A stretch of 64,000 bases of DNA from Paraspadella gotoi. Its lineage: Eukaryota > Animalia > Chaetognatha. Where the stretch lies: assembly GCA_051294375.1 (NCBI GenBank), contig CM119263.1, positions 29,661,962 through 29,725,961 of the forward strand, given 5' to 3'. Below are positions 12,670 to 26,844 of the stretch, one piece after another (positions within the stretch are counted from its first letter, which is position 1; every line of letters starts with the position of its first letter). Made by a program: the position numbers and the translations under genes. Below the pieces are notes generated by a model. The model saw nothing but the letters and a program-made list of their open reading frames with translations, did not search any database and was not told the origin of the DNA.

Positions 12670-12721
<52 letters not shown>

Positions 12722-13799
12722 CACAAAGAGATTATGAGTGCTGGATACAAAATATAAATAGAAGAATATAAGGATAAAAGCTGTTAAGTAGGGTGAATAA
12801 GAAAGGTTGAAATGTTTAAAGATAGGTGAAAAGAGAGGTTTAAAGAGAAGTTGAAAGTGGGGTAAGGAAAAATAGATTGAAAGAGAGGTTGAAAGAGAAG
12901 TTGCAAGAGAGGAGGATAGAGGGGTTGAAAGAGAGGAAAGAAGAGATGGCGCGGCGCCAACTTAAGTGGCTGACGCCGCGCGGGATTTTTGGGTCAGAGG
13001 CCAAAAACTTACCAACCTTCAGATTAGTGGGTGAGTCTCGAGAGAGTGAATTCCTTGACAAGGAGGAAGAGGGGGAGGAAGACGACAACAACAACGACAA
13101 CCGGTAAAATAAACACGACCGTTGCTATCGAGACGAAGAAGACTAGACGACGACGAAGATGACGACGACGACGACTATAAAGACGACAGCGAAGTTGACG
13201 ACGACGACGACGACTAAGACGACGAAAACGACGACGACGACAACGACGACGACTCTTCTGTTTTCTCGTCTTCAATAGTTCATCCGTTTTTCTGTTGATT
13301 TAACAAATTTTCCATCTAAAAAGAAAATATTTCCCTTTTTTTCATCCAACATTTTTGAGTTTTTTTTTATATTGAAAAAATAATTGAAAAGACAGGGAAA
13401 GTGGAAAACAAAAATTGAATTAAATAAATGCCCTTTAGGACTTAATATTTATCCCTATTATCCCAATTCCCTACTCTTTTTAGTTTTTTTAAAATGTAAA
13501 AAAAAAAAAAAAATCGGAAAGAAAAATATATTTAAAAATGGACTTTTGAAACTGTTTTTTCTAATCAATCTGTCAAAATTTATAAAAAAATGCTACAAAA
13601 CTGAAATTTTTAAAGTTTTACTATATTTTTTATTTAAAAATAATACCCACTGTGACCTCGATCTCATCGGAGGTGAAAAGAAAATCACTGTGAGTCAAAG
13701 TCACGACTGAGTCTTCTTCACATTTGAGTCACTAACAGTTTCACAGTTTCCCTCCTCGCATCGACTTCATTTCTTGACTGCTCTCTCTCTCTCTCTCTA

Positions 13800-13847
<48 letters not shown>

Positions 13848-14117
13848 GACCGCGCGCGACTCAACAAGACGCCCACCAAAAAACCTCTCGGGCACGAGTT
13901 TGGGTCAGAAGGATTATGTCTCGCTCTCACTCTCTCTCACTCTTAGAAACACACACGTGCTCACACAAAAACTATCACTCACACACACACACACTCTCTC
14001 TCTCTCTCTCGCGCTGTTTTTTTTCTCCGTCAGGTCCTAAACCCTTCACAGTCATAACGTTTATGATGCCTAAAAGCCGACGAAGAAAAAAGAGTCATGA
14101 ACTTTCTTTCTTTCTTT

Positions 14118-14150
<33 letters not shown>

Positions 14151-14153
14151 CCG

Positions 14154-14208
<55 letters not shown>

Positions 14209-14819
14209 TTTTTTCGTTTTTTCTTTCTTTCTATCTCTCTTTGTTTTTTTCTTTCTTTCTTTCTTTCTTTTTTCGTTTTCCTTGCCTCCCTTTTTTCTTT
14301 CTTTCCTTTTTTCTTTCCTTCCTTTTTTCTTCCTTTCCTTTTTCCTTTCCTACCTTGTTTCTTTCTTTCCTTTTTACTTTTCTCCCTTTTTCCTTTCCTC
14401 CCTTGTTTCTTTCCTCCCTTTTTCCTTTCCTTCCTTTTTCCCTTCCTTCTTTTTTTCTTTCCTTCCTTTTTCCTTTCTCCCCTTGTTTCCTTCCTTCCTT
14501 TTCCTTTCCTCCCTTGTTTCTTTCCTTCCTTTTTCCCCTCCTTTTTTTCCCTTCCTCCCTTTTTCCTTTCCTTCCTTTATTATTTCCTTCCTTTTTCCTT
14601 TCCTTCCTTTTTCCTTTCCTTCCTCTTCCCTTTCCTCTATTTTTTCTTTTCTTCCTTTTTCCTTTCCTCCCATTTTCTTTTCCTCCCTTTTCCTTGTCCG
14701 GCTATGCCATTCAAATGTCGTTTCGTCGAATCAAAGAAAAAAAACTTTGAGGTTCGAATGAAAAAAAAAGTTGAAGGAGCAAATCTCATCCGACTTTCGT
14801 TGAAAACAGCAAATGGAAT

Positions 14820-14955
14820 TTGTTGCCATTTGTCGTCATCATTGATGTCATAAGAGCCGTCTTTGCCATTTGTTGATCGTCGCTGATGCCATAAGAGCCG
14901 TCTTTGCCATTTGTTCGTCTTCGTTGATGCCATAAGAGCCATCATTGCCATTTGT
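14820..14955 (+). repeat. ~40-bp tandem repeat, about 3 copies (tgatgccataagagccgtctttgccatttgtt)
   Basis: Read directly from the sequence. Confidence 0.85.
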
Positions 14956-16185
14956 TTTTAGCTGCGATTGCTTTTTAGGGAATTTCTTTACCCCATTAAT
15001 TTTCCATGTTCCATGACTATTAGGACATGAGATATTGATCAGGTTCCCATTTTCCACAAAGACATGGCATTCTCGCCATGTCCGTTTTTCATGGGCGAGG
15101 GAATCTTTTCACACGAAGGAGGAAAACGTCTCCCGTTTTTAGACATAGAGCATGGACAGCATTCCTGGCATTCCTTTGCAATTCGTCACAATTATTTAAC
15201 ATTTAAAATTTTTTTTTTTAATCTTTGCTATTCTTTCCCATTATTTGCCATTCTTTGCCATTCTTTGCCTTTCTTAGCCACTCTTTGTTTTTCCCTTCCT
15301 CCATTCCTTACCAATCTTACCATTTTTTGCCATTTTGTGGCATTTTCCCCCGTTTTTTTGCCATTATGTGCCATTATGTGCCATTCTTTGCCATTCTCGA
15401 CGGATTGAAGCGTTCGAGTTTTCTTTCAACGACGTTCACGTCGATTCGAGAGAAGGGAGCGCGCTTTTCTCTTCTGATTTCTCTTTCTTTCTTCTTTTTC
15501 TGTCTTGGTTCGCTCTCTCTCTCTCTCATCTCTCTCTCTCTCTCTCGTCTTTCTCTCTCGCTCCAATCTGCCGGTCTCTTCTTCTCCTCTCTTTCTCTTC
15601 TCTTCTATCTATCAATCTTTCTTAGCCGTTGCTCGCCGTTCCCACTTTGGCTAGTTTGGCGTGTCTCTCTCTCTTCTCTATTCTCTCTCTTCTTCTCTTT
15701 TCTCGCGGGTGCGGGTTCCTTTCTCTCTCGGGTTTTCGCTCTCGCGCGTTAGTAGTGACAATTCGCCGCTCTTCTTCTCACATTTCCTAAATGCCCAGTC
15801 AGAAAACAGACGCCGATTTGCAGTATGATAGCTATTGAAACGGAAGTTTCAGGAGAGAGAGAGGGAGAGAGAGGAGAGAAGTATTGTGAGAGAGAGAGTT
15901 TTTGATGGGGGAGGGGAAGAGGAGGAGAGAGAGGTTGGATCTTTTTTTCGCATTCGGTTTTTTGTTTATTTTTTTTTTTTGATGAGAGCAGATTGTAGAA
16001 TCTAAACGTCAACCGTATTGTTTGTAAAGTTGCTACTGGTCGTTTTTTTGTTTTGCCTTGGTTTGTAGATTAAAAGATGATTTGCGATGTTATGTTATTT
16101 TGTTATTAATTTTTAATTTTTCGTTTTTTTTTTTTAAAAACGAGAGATTGAATAATTTAATCAAGACGACAATGGAGAGTAAAGA

Positions 16186-16218
<33 letters not shown>

Positions 16219-16460
16219 GGAGAGAGAGAGAGAAGAGAGAGGAGAGTAGAAGAGAGAGAAGAGAGAGTAGAAGAGAGGCATAACAATATGTTTAGAGAAG
16301 GTACTCTAAACAGAAGAAAGAAAAAAAATTAACGGAAAGTTTGTTAAAAAATAAAATATATAGAATAATTCCAGAGAAATAACATGGTAATAAACTAAAC
16401 ATACAAACTTAAGATATAAGTGATACTTTCTCTAAAGAAACGAAAAAAAAAGAAAGAGAA

Positions 16461-16532
<72 letters not shown>

Positions 16533-16743
16533 AGAGAGAAAGAGAGAGAGTGATTTACAAGGGGCGATGACTTTATACTGTGAACAAACAAACAACGAAA
16601 AAAACCAAACAAAGGCGAAAATTTTTTTAAGAAAATTGAAAATGGTTGTTATTGTGTAAGGCGTCGTTGTTTGTTGTTGTTGTTATTCTCGAGCTGCTGT
16701 TTACCGGGTTGAGAACGGCAAATGGGCTGTGGGAGTGTTAGAG

Positions 16744-16812
<69 letters not shown>

Positions 16813-16882
16813 AGCGCGCAAAGTGTCCCAGCGGGAAGGCGTGGAATGTTTTGTAGGTGGTATGCATTAAGATCGAAAGAAC

Positions 16883-16915
<33 letters not shown>

Positions 16916-17353
16916 AAGGGAGCAGAGTAAGGGAGGGGAGAGGGAGAAGAAGAGAAAAGAGGAAACGAAGCCAAGCGGAGAAGTCAGGGAACGAAGGTCA
17001 GAACCAAAGATGCGGAAGATTCCTCTTCACTCTTCCTCCTCTTTTTCCTCTTTCATTTCCCTCTCTCCCTCGGCTTTCTGCCTCTCTCTTCTCTCTCGTC
17101 GTCTCTCTCATCTCTCTCTCTCGTCTCTCTCTCTCTCTCTCTGCTCTCTCTTCTCTCTCTCTCGTCTCTCTCTCTTCTTCCTCTCTCTCTCCGTTACTTC
17201 GTCGTGTCCCTGTCCTCTGATCGCAAATGTCAAGTATGCGAAAACGTCAGAAAAAACTGTCGTTCAATTTAAATGTAACTTAACTTTTAAACAAATGAGT
17301 TTATATTAACTTTGATAAACATTGAGAGTTTATTACGTGACGAAGAGGGCGGG

Positions 17354-17408
<55 letters not shown>

Positions 17409-17409
17409 G

Positions 17410-17453
<44 letters not shown>

Positions 17454-18344
17454 AGAAGAGAGAGAGAGAGACAAGAGAGAGAGAGACAAAGAAAAAATAA
17501 ACGGAGCCTGGAGGGAGAGAATAGAGGCGGAAGCCTCGGACCGGGAAACACGGAAAAGGCGCGTCCCTAGGACCGCCAGTGCGGCCGCCGCCGCCGCTGC
17601 CGCAGCCCGAGCCGCGCGCCGCCGCCGCGCCGAGCCCGGCACGCCGCATGCCGCGCCGCCACTTTTCCCAGACGAACAGAGAGAGATACTTCGTGACACC
17701 TTTTAAGTTTTCTGTTTATGGGATGCCATCAACTCTGTTTTTCGACTACGCCTCCATGGCAAAGTAGGGGGGGCGGGGTTGGACAAAGGGGGGTGAGGCT
17801 AGAGGGGCGTAAGGGTGGGGATTTGAATGGGGGAAGATGGTTGAAAAAGGGGCGAATAGTAAAATGAGCCCCCCCCCGGGACGTGGTGGGGGGGGAGGAG
17901 TCAATGGTAGGGGAGAATTAAACGAGCGAATCTATGGGGGAAAACTGAGGGAGGTAAATGGAGAGGAAAACAAGAAGAGACCAACACTTTGGAGGAGATA
18001 GAGGAAATAAGAAAGAAAAGTGAGGAAAGAAAAGAAAAATAAGTATAAGGGAGGAAGAAGAAAAGAAAAGAAAAATAGGGAAATAAAAGAAAATAGATAA
18101 AAGTAAAGAAAAAGAAAGGAAAAAGAAGAGAGGAAAAAGTTATAATGTGAGAAAAAAAGTAAATAGAAAAAAAGGGAATTGAAAGAGGAAGAAAAGAAAA
18201 AGAGAAAGGAAATCAATGTAAAAACGTAAAAAAAGATAGTTAATATAAAATGATTTAACAATAAAGAAAAGAGAAAAATGCGACTATATACAGAAATAAA
18301 ATAAAAAAAATCCGAATAATACTACGTGAGGTTATATTATATAT

Positions 18345-18385
18345 TACATCTTACATCTTACATATTACATCTTACATCTTACGTC
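18345..18385 (+). repeat. (ACATCTT)n heptamer repeat, mirrored at ~24495-24560
   Basis: Read directly from the sequence. Confidence 0.85.
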
Positions 18386-19142
18386 TTTGAATCGTGTTGA
18401 GCGGACAAGATCTGCGATCGAATATCAAATACGCGCACGTGTCAATCGAGACTTAATTGAATTTGTACAAATATTACGTTTATAACTTTTACTATTGTTA
18501 CGATACAATTTCTTCGCTTAAATGTCATTTTGATTCTTCGTTCAGCGTCTGATGGGAAAATCTGAAACGGGGGGATGGTGCATCTTGGTGAATGCCGCTG
18601 AGCGCGGCGAGGATGGAGCGGAGCAGGCGTCGGGCTGGGTGGTGGCAGCGGCGGAAGTGCGGTCACCGCCAGGATGTCCCACACGCCTTACTCTGTCACC
18701 GCTCAGCTGCCTCTCGAGTAGTGGGGAGGGGTGGGAGTGGGGAAGTGTGAGTGGTGGGAAGGTGGAGGGGAGGGCTGGGTGGAGCGGGGCGCGAGAAGGT
18801 GGATAACGTAGTGAATGCCGAGGGGGAGGGTGTGATCTCGAGAAGGGGATCTAGAAAGGCGACGGCACGGAGTGGGGGAGGCAGAAATGGGGAAGGTGGA
18901 GCCGGAGGGTGGTAGCGGGGGAAGGTGGAGCGGGGAAAGCGGCGTGGCGGGGGAAAGTGAGCGGGGAAAGCAGGAGCGCAGATGTGGTATGGCGGATGAG
19001 ATGAAGATGGAGACGACTGTTGGGACACGACTAAAAGTTGGACAGAGAGAATGACGGGCTGACAGATAGACAGACACGACGGACAAACGAGGACGATTCT
19101 CAAACTGAATTCAATCTTGAATGAATTCTCTTCTCTCTCTCT

Positions 19143-19225
<83 letters not shown>

Positions 19226-19377
19226 CTCTCTCCTCCTCTCTCTCCTCTCTCTCTCTCCTCTCTTCTCTCTCTCGGGGATTTTAATCAAAGGCGTGATGGC
19301 GTCGCAAAAATCTTTCAAGTTGAGACGGAATAACAAAAGGCGACGAAACAATTCGCCGCCGCCTAAGGTCAGCTCGC

Positions 19378-19436
<59 letters not shown>
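19378..19436 (+). repeat. (GCC)n trinucleotide tract, noisy mirror at ~23737-23818
   Basis: Read directly from the sequence. Confidence 0.9.
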
Positions 19437-21380
19437 CTTATCTTTGATGACATCACCATATTTGTCGAAGTCGTCCATTATGATTATACATTAAGATTTC
19501 GCGAATTGTTATCAAGATTCGGGCGACTTTTTAAAATTATTTTATTTTAATTATTATTAAATTTATATTGATATTTTCATTATAATTACACCATTAGCGC
19601 GGTAGATGCTCTAGCAGCGTGGCGTAGTATGATCATAGTTAGACGTATTTTGGCGGGATTAGGGTGGCGATGTGGCGTAAAATAGTAGTTTTTTTTGAAT
19701 ATGACTTATATTGGTCTCTGAGTTTGTTATTCCTGTGTTGGGATTCTACTTAAGATTAATAGTTGGTTAAAAATGGCGCAGACTGGTTTGGCGTAGCAAA
19801 GAGAAGATTGACGCGGCGTGGGCTGGCGTAGAATATTGACGCAGCGTGGCATGGCGTAGCAAATTGTCGCAGCGTGGCGCAGCAAAAAGAGTCGTTGGCC
19901 ATAAATAAACAGAGATTGTTGATTTCCTTTGCTGAGGATTGTTTACGCTAAAGTCATTGATTCATTAGCGGAGAAAACAAGAAAGAAAACAAGAAAGAAA
20001 ACAAGAAAGAAAACGAGAAAGAAATACGGTTTATTTTTGTTTTGCACGTGAATACTTTGGGTGTAACTTTTTTAATCGGCAATGCTATTTTTATTACTCA
20101 AATTCGTTTTCAAATACTTTTTTAATCCTTTTTTTAATTATATTTTTTATGTTTCTATATACTTTTCGTTAAATTTTTTTAATCTGCTAGCAACCTACAC
20201 ATACAATTCTATTTTTTGTTAATTTTTTTTACCTTTCTTACTGACTTTCTCTATTGTTACTTCTTATTTTAATTCTTCTTATCCTTACCTCTCTGATATC
20301 TTTTCCTAGCTTACCCATCTTAATTCTTTCCTTTCCTTTCCTCACTCTCACTTACTTTTCCTCTTTTTCCTCCCTCCTCTACTTTCCATTTCAACTTCCC
20401 CTCATTCCAATAAACATCATAGATTCCTTAGCCCCAAAAAAGAGAGAGAATCGTGACTCCGCATTCATAATAGAAACACGAAATCCTATTTTCATTTTTT
20501 TTTCTTTTCCTTCTTCCTCCTTTTCGTATTTCTTTCCTTTTTCCGTATTTAGTGTTTTTCCTTTTTCTTTTTCCTCCATTTTTTTCTTTCCTTTTGTATT
20601 CCGTTCTCCGTTTCTTCTTTTGCCGAAGAAGTGTTTTGATTTTAATTTCCCCGGAGGCTGTTCCCGAATCTCGCCACGTTGGCCCTTACACCGCCCCCCC
20701 GGCCGCCCCTTTCATTCGAGGCGTAACCCCAAGAATCTTTGCCCCCCTGAAAAATCGTTGCCCCTCTTTAAATCTTTGCTCCCTTTGAATCATAGGCCCC
20801 CTTTTTGAATCTCTTCCGAGAAAGCATTACCCTCTTAAAATCCTTTTGTCCAATTCTTAGTCTTTACCTTTGAGACTCTCACATTTTGTGAATCCTTTAA
20901 TTCTCACACCTCACTTTTCCTCTAAACCAGTCACACAAAGATTGTCAATCCCCAACACCTGAGTTAATGTTAAACTCTTTCCTTTTGTCAAATATCGCAA
21001 TTTGATTATTGGCGACAACATTTACCACCGATATTTTAATCATTTCTCCTCCCCTCACTCTGCCGCCCCTTCTCTCTTCTCCTTCTTCCTCTCCCACCTC
21101 CTCTCTCCCTCTCCTCTCCTTCCCCTCTTCTCTCCCTCTCCTCCACTCCCTCTCCCTCTCTCTTGCTCCTTCTTCCTCTCCCACCTCCCTGCTCCTCTCT
21201 CTACTCTCTCTCTCCTCCTACTCCTCCTCTCCTTCTTCCTCTCCAGCTCCCCTCTCAATCTTCCCCTCTCCCTCTCTCCCTCCTCCCTCCCCTCCTCCTC
21301 GCCCTCTTTCATGCATTAATTCCCGCTTCTAATCTTTTTTGGGTCCTGCTTAGAAATTCTTGTTACTGGTTCAGAAGAGA

Positions 21381-21414
<34 letters not shown>

Positions 21415-21469
21415 NNNNNNNNNNNNNNNNNNNNNNNNNTGCATCTACTGCTTTTGTATCTGATCTTCT

Positions 21470-21520
<51 letters not shown>

Positions 21521-23307
21521 TCTCTTCTGAACCAGTAACAAGAATTTCTAAGCAGGACCCAAAAAAGATTAGAAGCGGGAATTATGCATGAGAGAGGGTG
21601 AGGAGAGGGAGGGAGAGAGGGAGAGAGGGAGGAGGGGAAGATTGAGAGAGGGAGCTGGGAGAGGAAGAAGGAGAGAGGGAGTGAGGAGAGCGGAGAAAGG
21701 AGAGAAGAGGAGACAGGGAGGTGGGAGAGGAAGAAGGAGACAGAGAGAGGGAGAGGAGTGAGGAGAGGGAGAGAAGAGGGGAGGAGAGGAGAGGGAGAGA
21801 GGGAGGTGGGAGAGGAAGAAGGAGAAGAGAGAAGGAGCGGCAGAGTGAGGGGAGGAGAAATGATTAAAATATCGTGGTAAATGTTGTCGCCAATAATCAA
21901 ATTCCGTATATTTGACAAAGGAAAAGAAGAATGAGTTTAACATTAACTCAGGTGTTGGGAATTGACAATCTTTGTGTGACTGGTTTAGAGGAAAAGTGAG
22001 GTGTGAGAATTAAAGGATTCACAAATGTGAGAGTCTCAAAGGTAAAGACTAAGAATTGGACAAAAGGATTTTAAGAGGTAATGCTTCTCGGAAGAGATTC
22101 AAAAAGGGGGCCTATGATTCAAAGGGGCAAAGATTTAAAGAGGGGCAACGATTTTTCAGGGGGGCCAAAGATTCTTGAGGGTTACGCTCGAATGAAAGGG
22201 GCCGGCCGGGGGGGGGGTGTAAGGGCCAACGTGGCGAGATTCGGAACAGCTCCGGGGAATTAAAATCAAACACTTCTTCGGCAAAAGAAGAAACGGAGAA
22301 CGGAATACAAAAGGAAAGAAAAAAATTGGAGGAAAAAGAAAAAGGAAAAACACTAAATACGGAAAAGGAAGAATACGAAAGGAGGAAAGAAGGAAAAGAA
22401 AAAATGAAAATAGAGATTTCGTGTTTCTATTATGAATGCGGAGTCACGGATTCTCTCTCTTTTTTTGGGGATAAGGAATCTATGATGTTTATTGGAATGA
22501 GGGGAAGTTGAAATGGAAAGTAGAGGAGGGAGGAAAAAGAGGAAAAGTAAGTGAGATGAGAAAGGAAAGGAAAGATAAGAAGGGTAGAGTGGAAAAGATA
22601 TCAAGAGAGGTAAGATAAGAAGAATTAAAATAAGAAGTAACAATAGAGAAGAGTCAGTAAGAAAGGGTAAAAAAAATTAACAAAAAATAGAATTGTATGT
22701 GTAGGTTGCTAGCAGATTAAAAAAATTTAACGAAAAGTATATAGAAACCATAAAAAATATAATTAAAAAAAAGGATTAAAAAGTATTTGAAACGAATTGT
22801 ATAAATAGCATTAAGCCGATTTAAAAGTTCAAAAAAACAAAACGCCAAAGTATCACGTGCAAAACAAAATAAACGCGATTTCTTTCTCGTTTCTTTCTGT
22901 TTTTCTTTCTTGTTTTCTTTCTTGTTTTCTCCGCTAATGAATCATGACTTTAGCGTAACAATCCTCAGCAAAGGAAATCAACAATCTCGTTTATTTATGG
23001 CAACGACCTCTTTTTTGTGCGCCACGCCTGGACAATTTGCTACGGCCATGCCACCGCTGCCGTCATATTCTACGCAGCCACGCCGCGTCAATCTTCTCTT
23101 GCTACGCCAAACCAGTCTGCGCCATTTTTAACCAACTATTAATCTTCAAGTAGAACCAACACAGGAATAACAAACTCAGAGACAAATATAAGTCTATTCA
23201 AAAAAAACTACTATTTTACGGGGCCACATGCCACCCTAATCCGCCAAATCGTCAACTATGCATACTACTCCACGCTGCTAGAGCATCTACCCGCGCTAAT
23301 GTGTAAT

Positions 23308-23586
23308 TGTGTATGGTGTAATTGTGGGCTGAAGATGACTGTCCGTAACTTCTATAACCCCCTCTAGCAGCCATGGAACGGGTCCCTGGGCTTGGAACCA
23401 GGCTTGAGGGTTTGCCATGCCCCCAAGGCGGCTTACGGCCGTCCTCACGCATCCCGCAGCAGGTGTTGGGATTGACCCGGTATCTAGTGGTCATGAGCTG
23501 ATGGCTTTACTCAAATGATCCACCGGGTCACAACTGGAAAGCGTCATGTTTCTAGGCGGGGTGAACCTAGGCAATGCCCGACTACA
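23308..23586. mobile_element. 279-bp insertion with TGT...ACA ends and a TAAT duplication (possible solo LTR), present in only one arm of inverted duplication 1
   Basis: The empty site in the left arm (reverse complement of ~19578-19602) reads ggtg-TAAT-tataatg. The right arm reads gtg-TAAT-[tgtgtatgg...cgactaca]-TAAT-tataatg. Confidence 0.35.
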
Positions 23587-23893
23587 TAATTATAATGAAA
23601 ATATCAATATAAATATATAATAATTAAAATAAAATAATTTTAAAAGTCGCCCGAATCTTGATAACAATTCGCGATATCTTAATGTATAATCTTAATGGAC
23701 GACTTCGACAAATATGGTGATGTCATCAAAGATAAGGGCGGCGGCGGCGGCGGCCGGCGGCGCCGCGGCGGCGCGGCGGCGGGCGCGCGGCGGCGGCCGC
23801 GGGGCGCGGCGGCGGCGGATTTTTCGTTGCCATTTTGTTATTCCGTCTCAACTGAAAGATTTTTGCGAACGCCATCACGCCTTGATTAAAATC

Positions 23894-23941
<48 letters not shown>

Positions 23942-25340
23942 GAGAGATGAGAGAGATGAGAGAGAGAGAGTTAGAGGAGAGAGAGAGAGCATTCATTTCA
24001 AAGATTGAATTCAGTTTTGAGAATCGTCTCGTTTGCCGTTCTGCTTATCTGTCTAGGCCCGTCATTTCTCTCTTGTCCAACTTTCAGTTTCTGCTCCACC
24101 TTCCCCGCTCGCTTTTCCCGCTCCCACCTTCCCCCGCTCCACCTTCCCGCGCTCCGCTTTTTCCCCGGCTCAGCTCACCTCATCCCTCGCCACTCCTTCT
24201 CCCCCACTCCACCTTTCGCCCCGCTTCCTACCTTCCCCGCTCCACCTTTCCCTCCCGCTCCATCCTATTCGCCTCCGCTCCATCCATAATCCAATCCCTC
24301 CCCCGTTTTCAATTTTCCCAATTCAGACGCTGCAACGAAGAATCAAATGACATTTAAGCGAAGAAATTGGTATCGTACAATGTAAAAGTTATAAACGTTA
24401 ATAATTTGTACAAAATTCAATATAAGTCTCGATTGACTCGTGCGGTGTTTGATATTTCGATCGCAGATCTTGTCGCCTCAACACGATTCCAAGACGTAAT
24501 ATGTAAGATGTAAGATGTATATGTAAGAGTAAGATGTAATATGTAAGATGTAAGATGTAACTATATTAAGTATAACCTCACGCTAGTATTATTCGGACTT
24601 TTTTTTTCTGTTATATAGTTCGCATTTTCTCTTTTCTTATTGTTAAATCATTTTAAATTAAGTATCTTTTTTATGTCTTTTTGTACGTTTTTTACATTGA
24701 TTTCTTCTCTCTTTTTCTTTTCTTTCTCTTTCAATTCCCTTTTTTCTATTCACTTTTTTTCGCACAGTATAACTTATCTACGTACGTTATTTATCTATGT
24801 ATTTTCTTTTATCTCCTTATTTTTCTTTTTTTCCTTTTCCCTCCCATTATACCTTATTTTTTCTTTCTTTTCCTTCTCTCTCCCTAGGTACACTTATTTT
24901 TCTTTTCTTTGCCTCACTTTTCTTTTCTTATTTCCTCTATCTCCTCCAAGTGTTGGTCTCTTCTTGGTTTTTCCTCTCCGATTTACCTCCCTCCAGTTTT
25001 CCCCATAGATTCGCTCGTTTAATTCTCCCCTACCATGTCTCCTCCACCCCCACCACGTCCCGGGGGGGGCGCTCATTTTACTATCGCCCCTTTTTCAACC
25101 ATCTTCGCCCCATGTCAGAATCCCACCCTTACCCGCCCCTCTCAGCCTTCACCCGCCCTTTGTCCAAACCCGGCCCCCCCCTACTTTGCCATGGAGGCGT
25201 AGTCGAAAAACAGGGTTGATGGCAATCCATAAATCAGGAAAACTTAAAACGGTGTCACGAAGTTTCTCTTCTCCTTTCTCTGGGAAAAAGTGGCGGCGGC
25301 TGCGGCGATGCGGCGGCGCGCGTCGGTCGGCTTGCGGCGC

Positions 25341-25371
<31 letters not shown>

Positions 25372-25606
25372 TGGCGGCGGCGGCTGGCGGCGGCGGCGGC
25401 GCAGGTCGGCGCGGCGGCTCCGGGCGGCGGCGGCCGCACTGGCGGTCTAGGGACCGCGCCTTTTCCGTGTTTCCGGTCCGCAGGCTTCCGCCTCTATTCT
25501 TCTCCCTCCAGGCTCCGTTATTCTCTCTTCGTCTTCCCTCCTTCCTTTCCATTCTGGGTTTTCTTCTTTTTTCTCTTCTCCTCTCCATCTCCTCTCTCTT
25601 CTCTCA

Positions 25607-25650
<44 letters not shown>

Positions 25651-25669
25651 ACTCTCTCTCTCTCTTTCT

Positions 25670-25703
<34 letters not shown>

Positions 25704-25900
25704 TTTTCCCGCCCTCTTCGTCACGTAATAAACTTCTCAATGTTTATCAAGTTTAATAAATATAAACTCATTTGTTTAAAAGTTAAGTTACATTTAAATT
25801 GAACGACAGTTTTTTCTTGACGTTTTCGCATACTGACATTTGCGATTCAGAGGACGGATCACGGACGAGAGAAGAGAGCAGCAGAGAGATGACGAGAGAC

Positions 25901-25952
<52 letters not shown>

Positions 25953-26572
25953 GGAGAAGGAGGGAAGAGAAGGGAAATGAAGAGGAAAAAAGAAGGAGGA
26001 AGAGGAAGAGGAATCTCCATCTTTGGTTCTGACCTGTCCGTTCCCTGCGACTTCGTCCGCCTTGGCTTCGTTTCCTCTTTCTCTTCTTCTTCCCTCTCCT
26101 CCTTCCTCTGCTCCCTTTCCTCCCTTCTCCCTCTCTCTCTCTTTTCTCTCTCTCTCTGGTCTTTTTCCGATTCTTTAACTTGTCGATAGCCACCTACTTT
26201 AAAGCGATTTCCACGCCTTTAATCCGCGCTTGTGGACATTTGGTCCGCACTTCTTCTCTACTCCTCTGATCTCCTCTCTCTCTCCTTCTCTCTCTCTCTC
26301 TCTCTCCTCTGCTCTCTCTAACACCTCCCACAGCCCATTTGCGCGTTCTCACCCCGGTAAACAGCAGCTTTCGAGGAAATAACAACAACAACAACAACGA
26401 ACGCCTACAACAATAACCAAACCATTTTTCCATTTTCTAAACAAATTTTCCGCCTTTGTTTTTGTTTTTTTCGTTGTTTGTTTATGTTCACCAGTCTAAA
26501 GTCATCGCCCCTTGTAAATCCACTCTCTCTTTCTTCTCTCTCCTCTCTTCTCTCTCTCTTCTCTCTCTCTCT

Positions 26573-26604
<32 letters not shown>

Positions 26605-26800
26605 GCTCTCTCTCATCTCTTTCTTTGCTTTTTTTTTCGTTTCTTTAGAGAAGTATCACTTAATCTTAGTTTGTATGTTTAGTTTATTCCCATGTTATTT
26701 CTCTTGGAATTATATCTACTTTATTATTTTAAACAAACTTCGTTAATTTTTTTTTTTCTTTCTTCTGTTAGAGTACCTTCTCGTAATACATATTGTTTGC

Positions 26801-26844
<44 letters not shown>

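Noticed and set aside
12877-13107. ORF containing MARRQLKWLTPRGIFGSEAK with donor-like sites on both strands
   Set aside because: No acceptor or recognisable homology, and it is embedded in simple repeats.
13916-14853. Long F/S/L/P-rich ORFs (also 40736-41763 and 35066-35801)
   Set aside because: These are translations of polypyrimidine tracts that are open in multiple frames.
19178-19550. Poly-Ala or poly-Gly ORFs resembling transcription-factor tracts
   Set aside because: They derive from (GCC)n, show no domain, and the frame is not preserved in the mirror copy.
21415-21470. Sequencing adapter or transposase at the palindrome centres (also 58375-58590 and ~37535)
   Set aside because: No SMRTbell adapter sequence or transposase ORF is recognisable, so neither a foldback transposon nor a retained adapter can be claimed.
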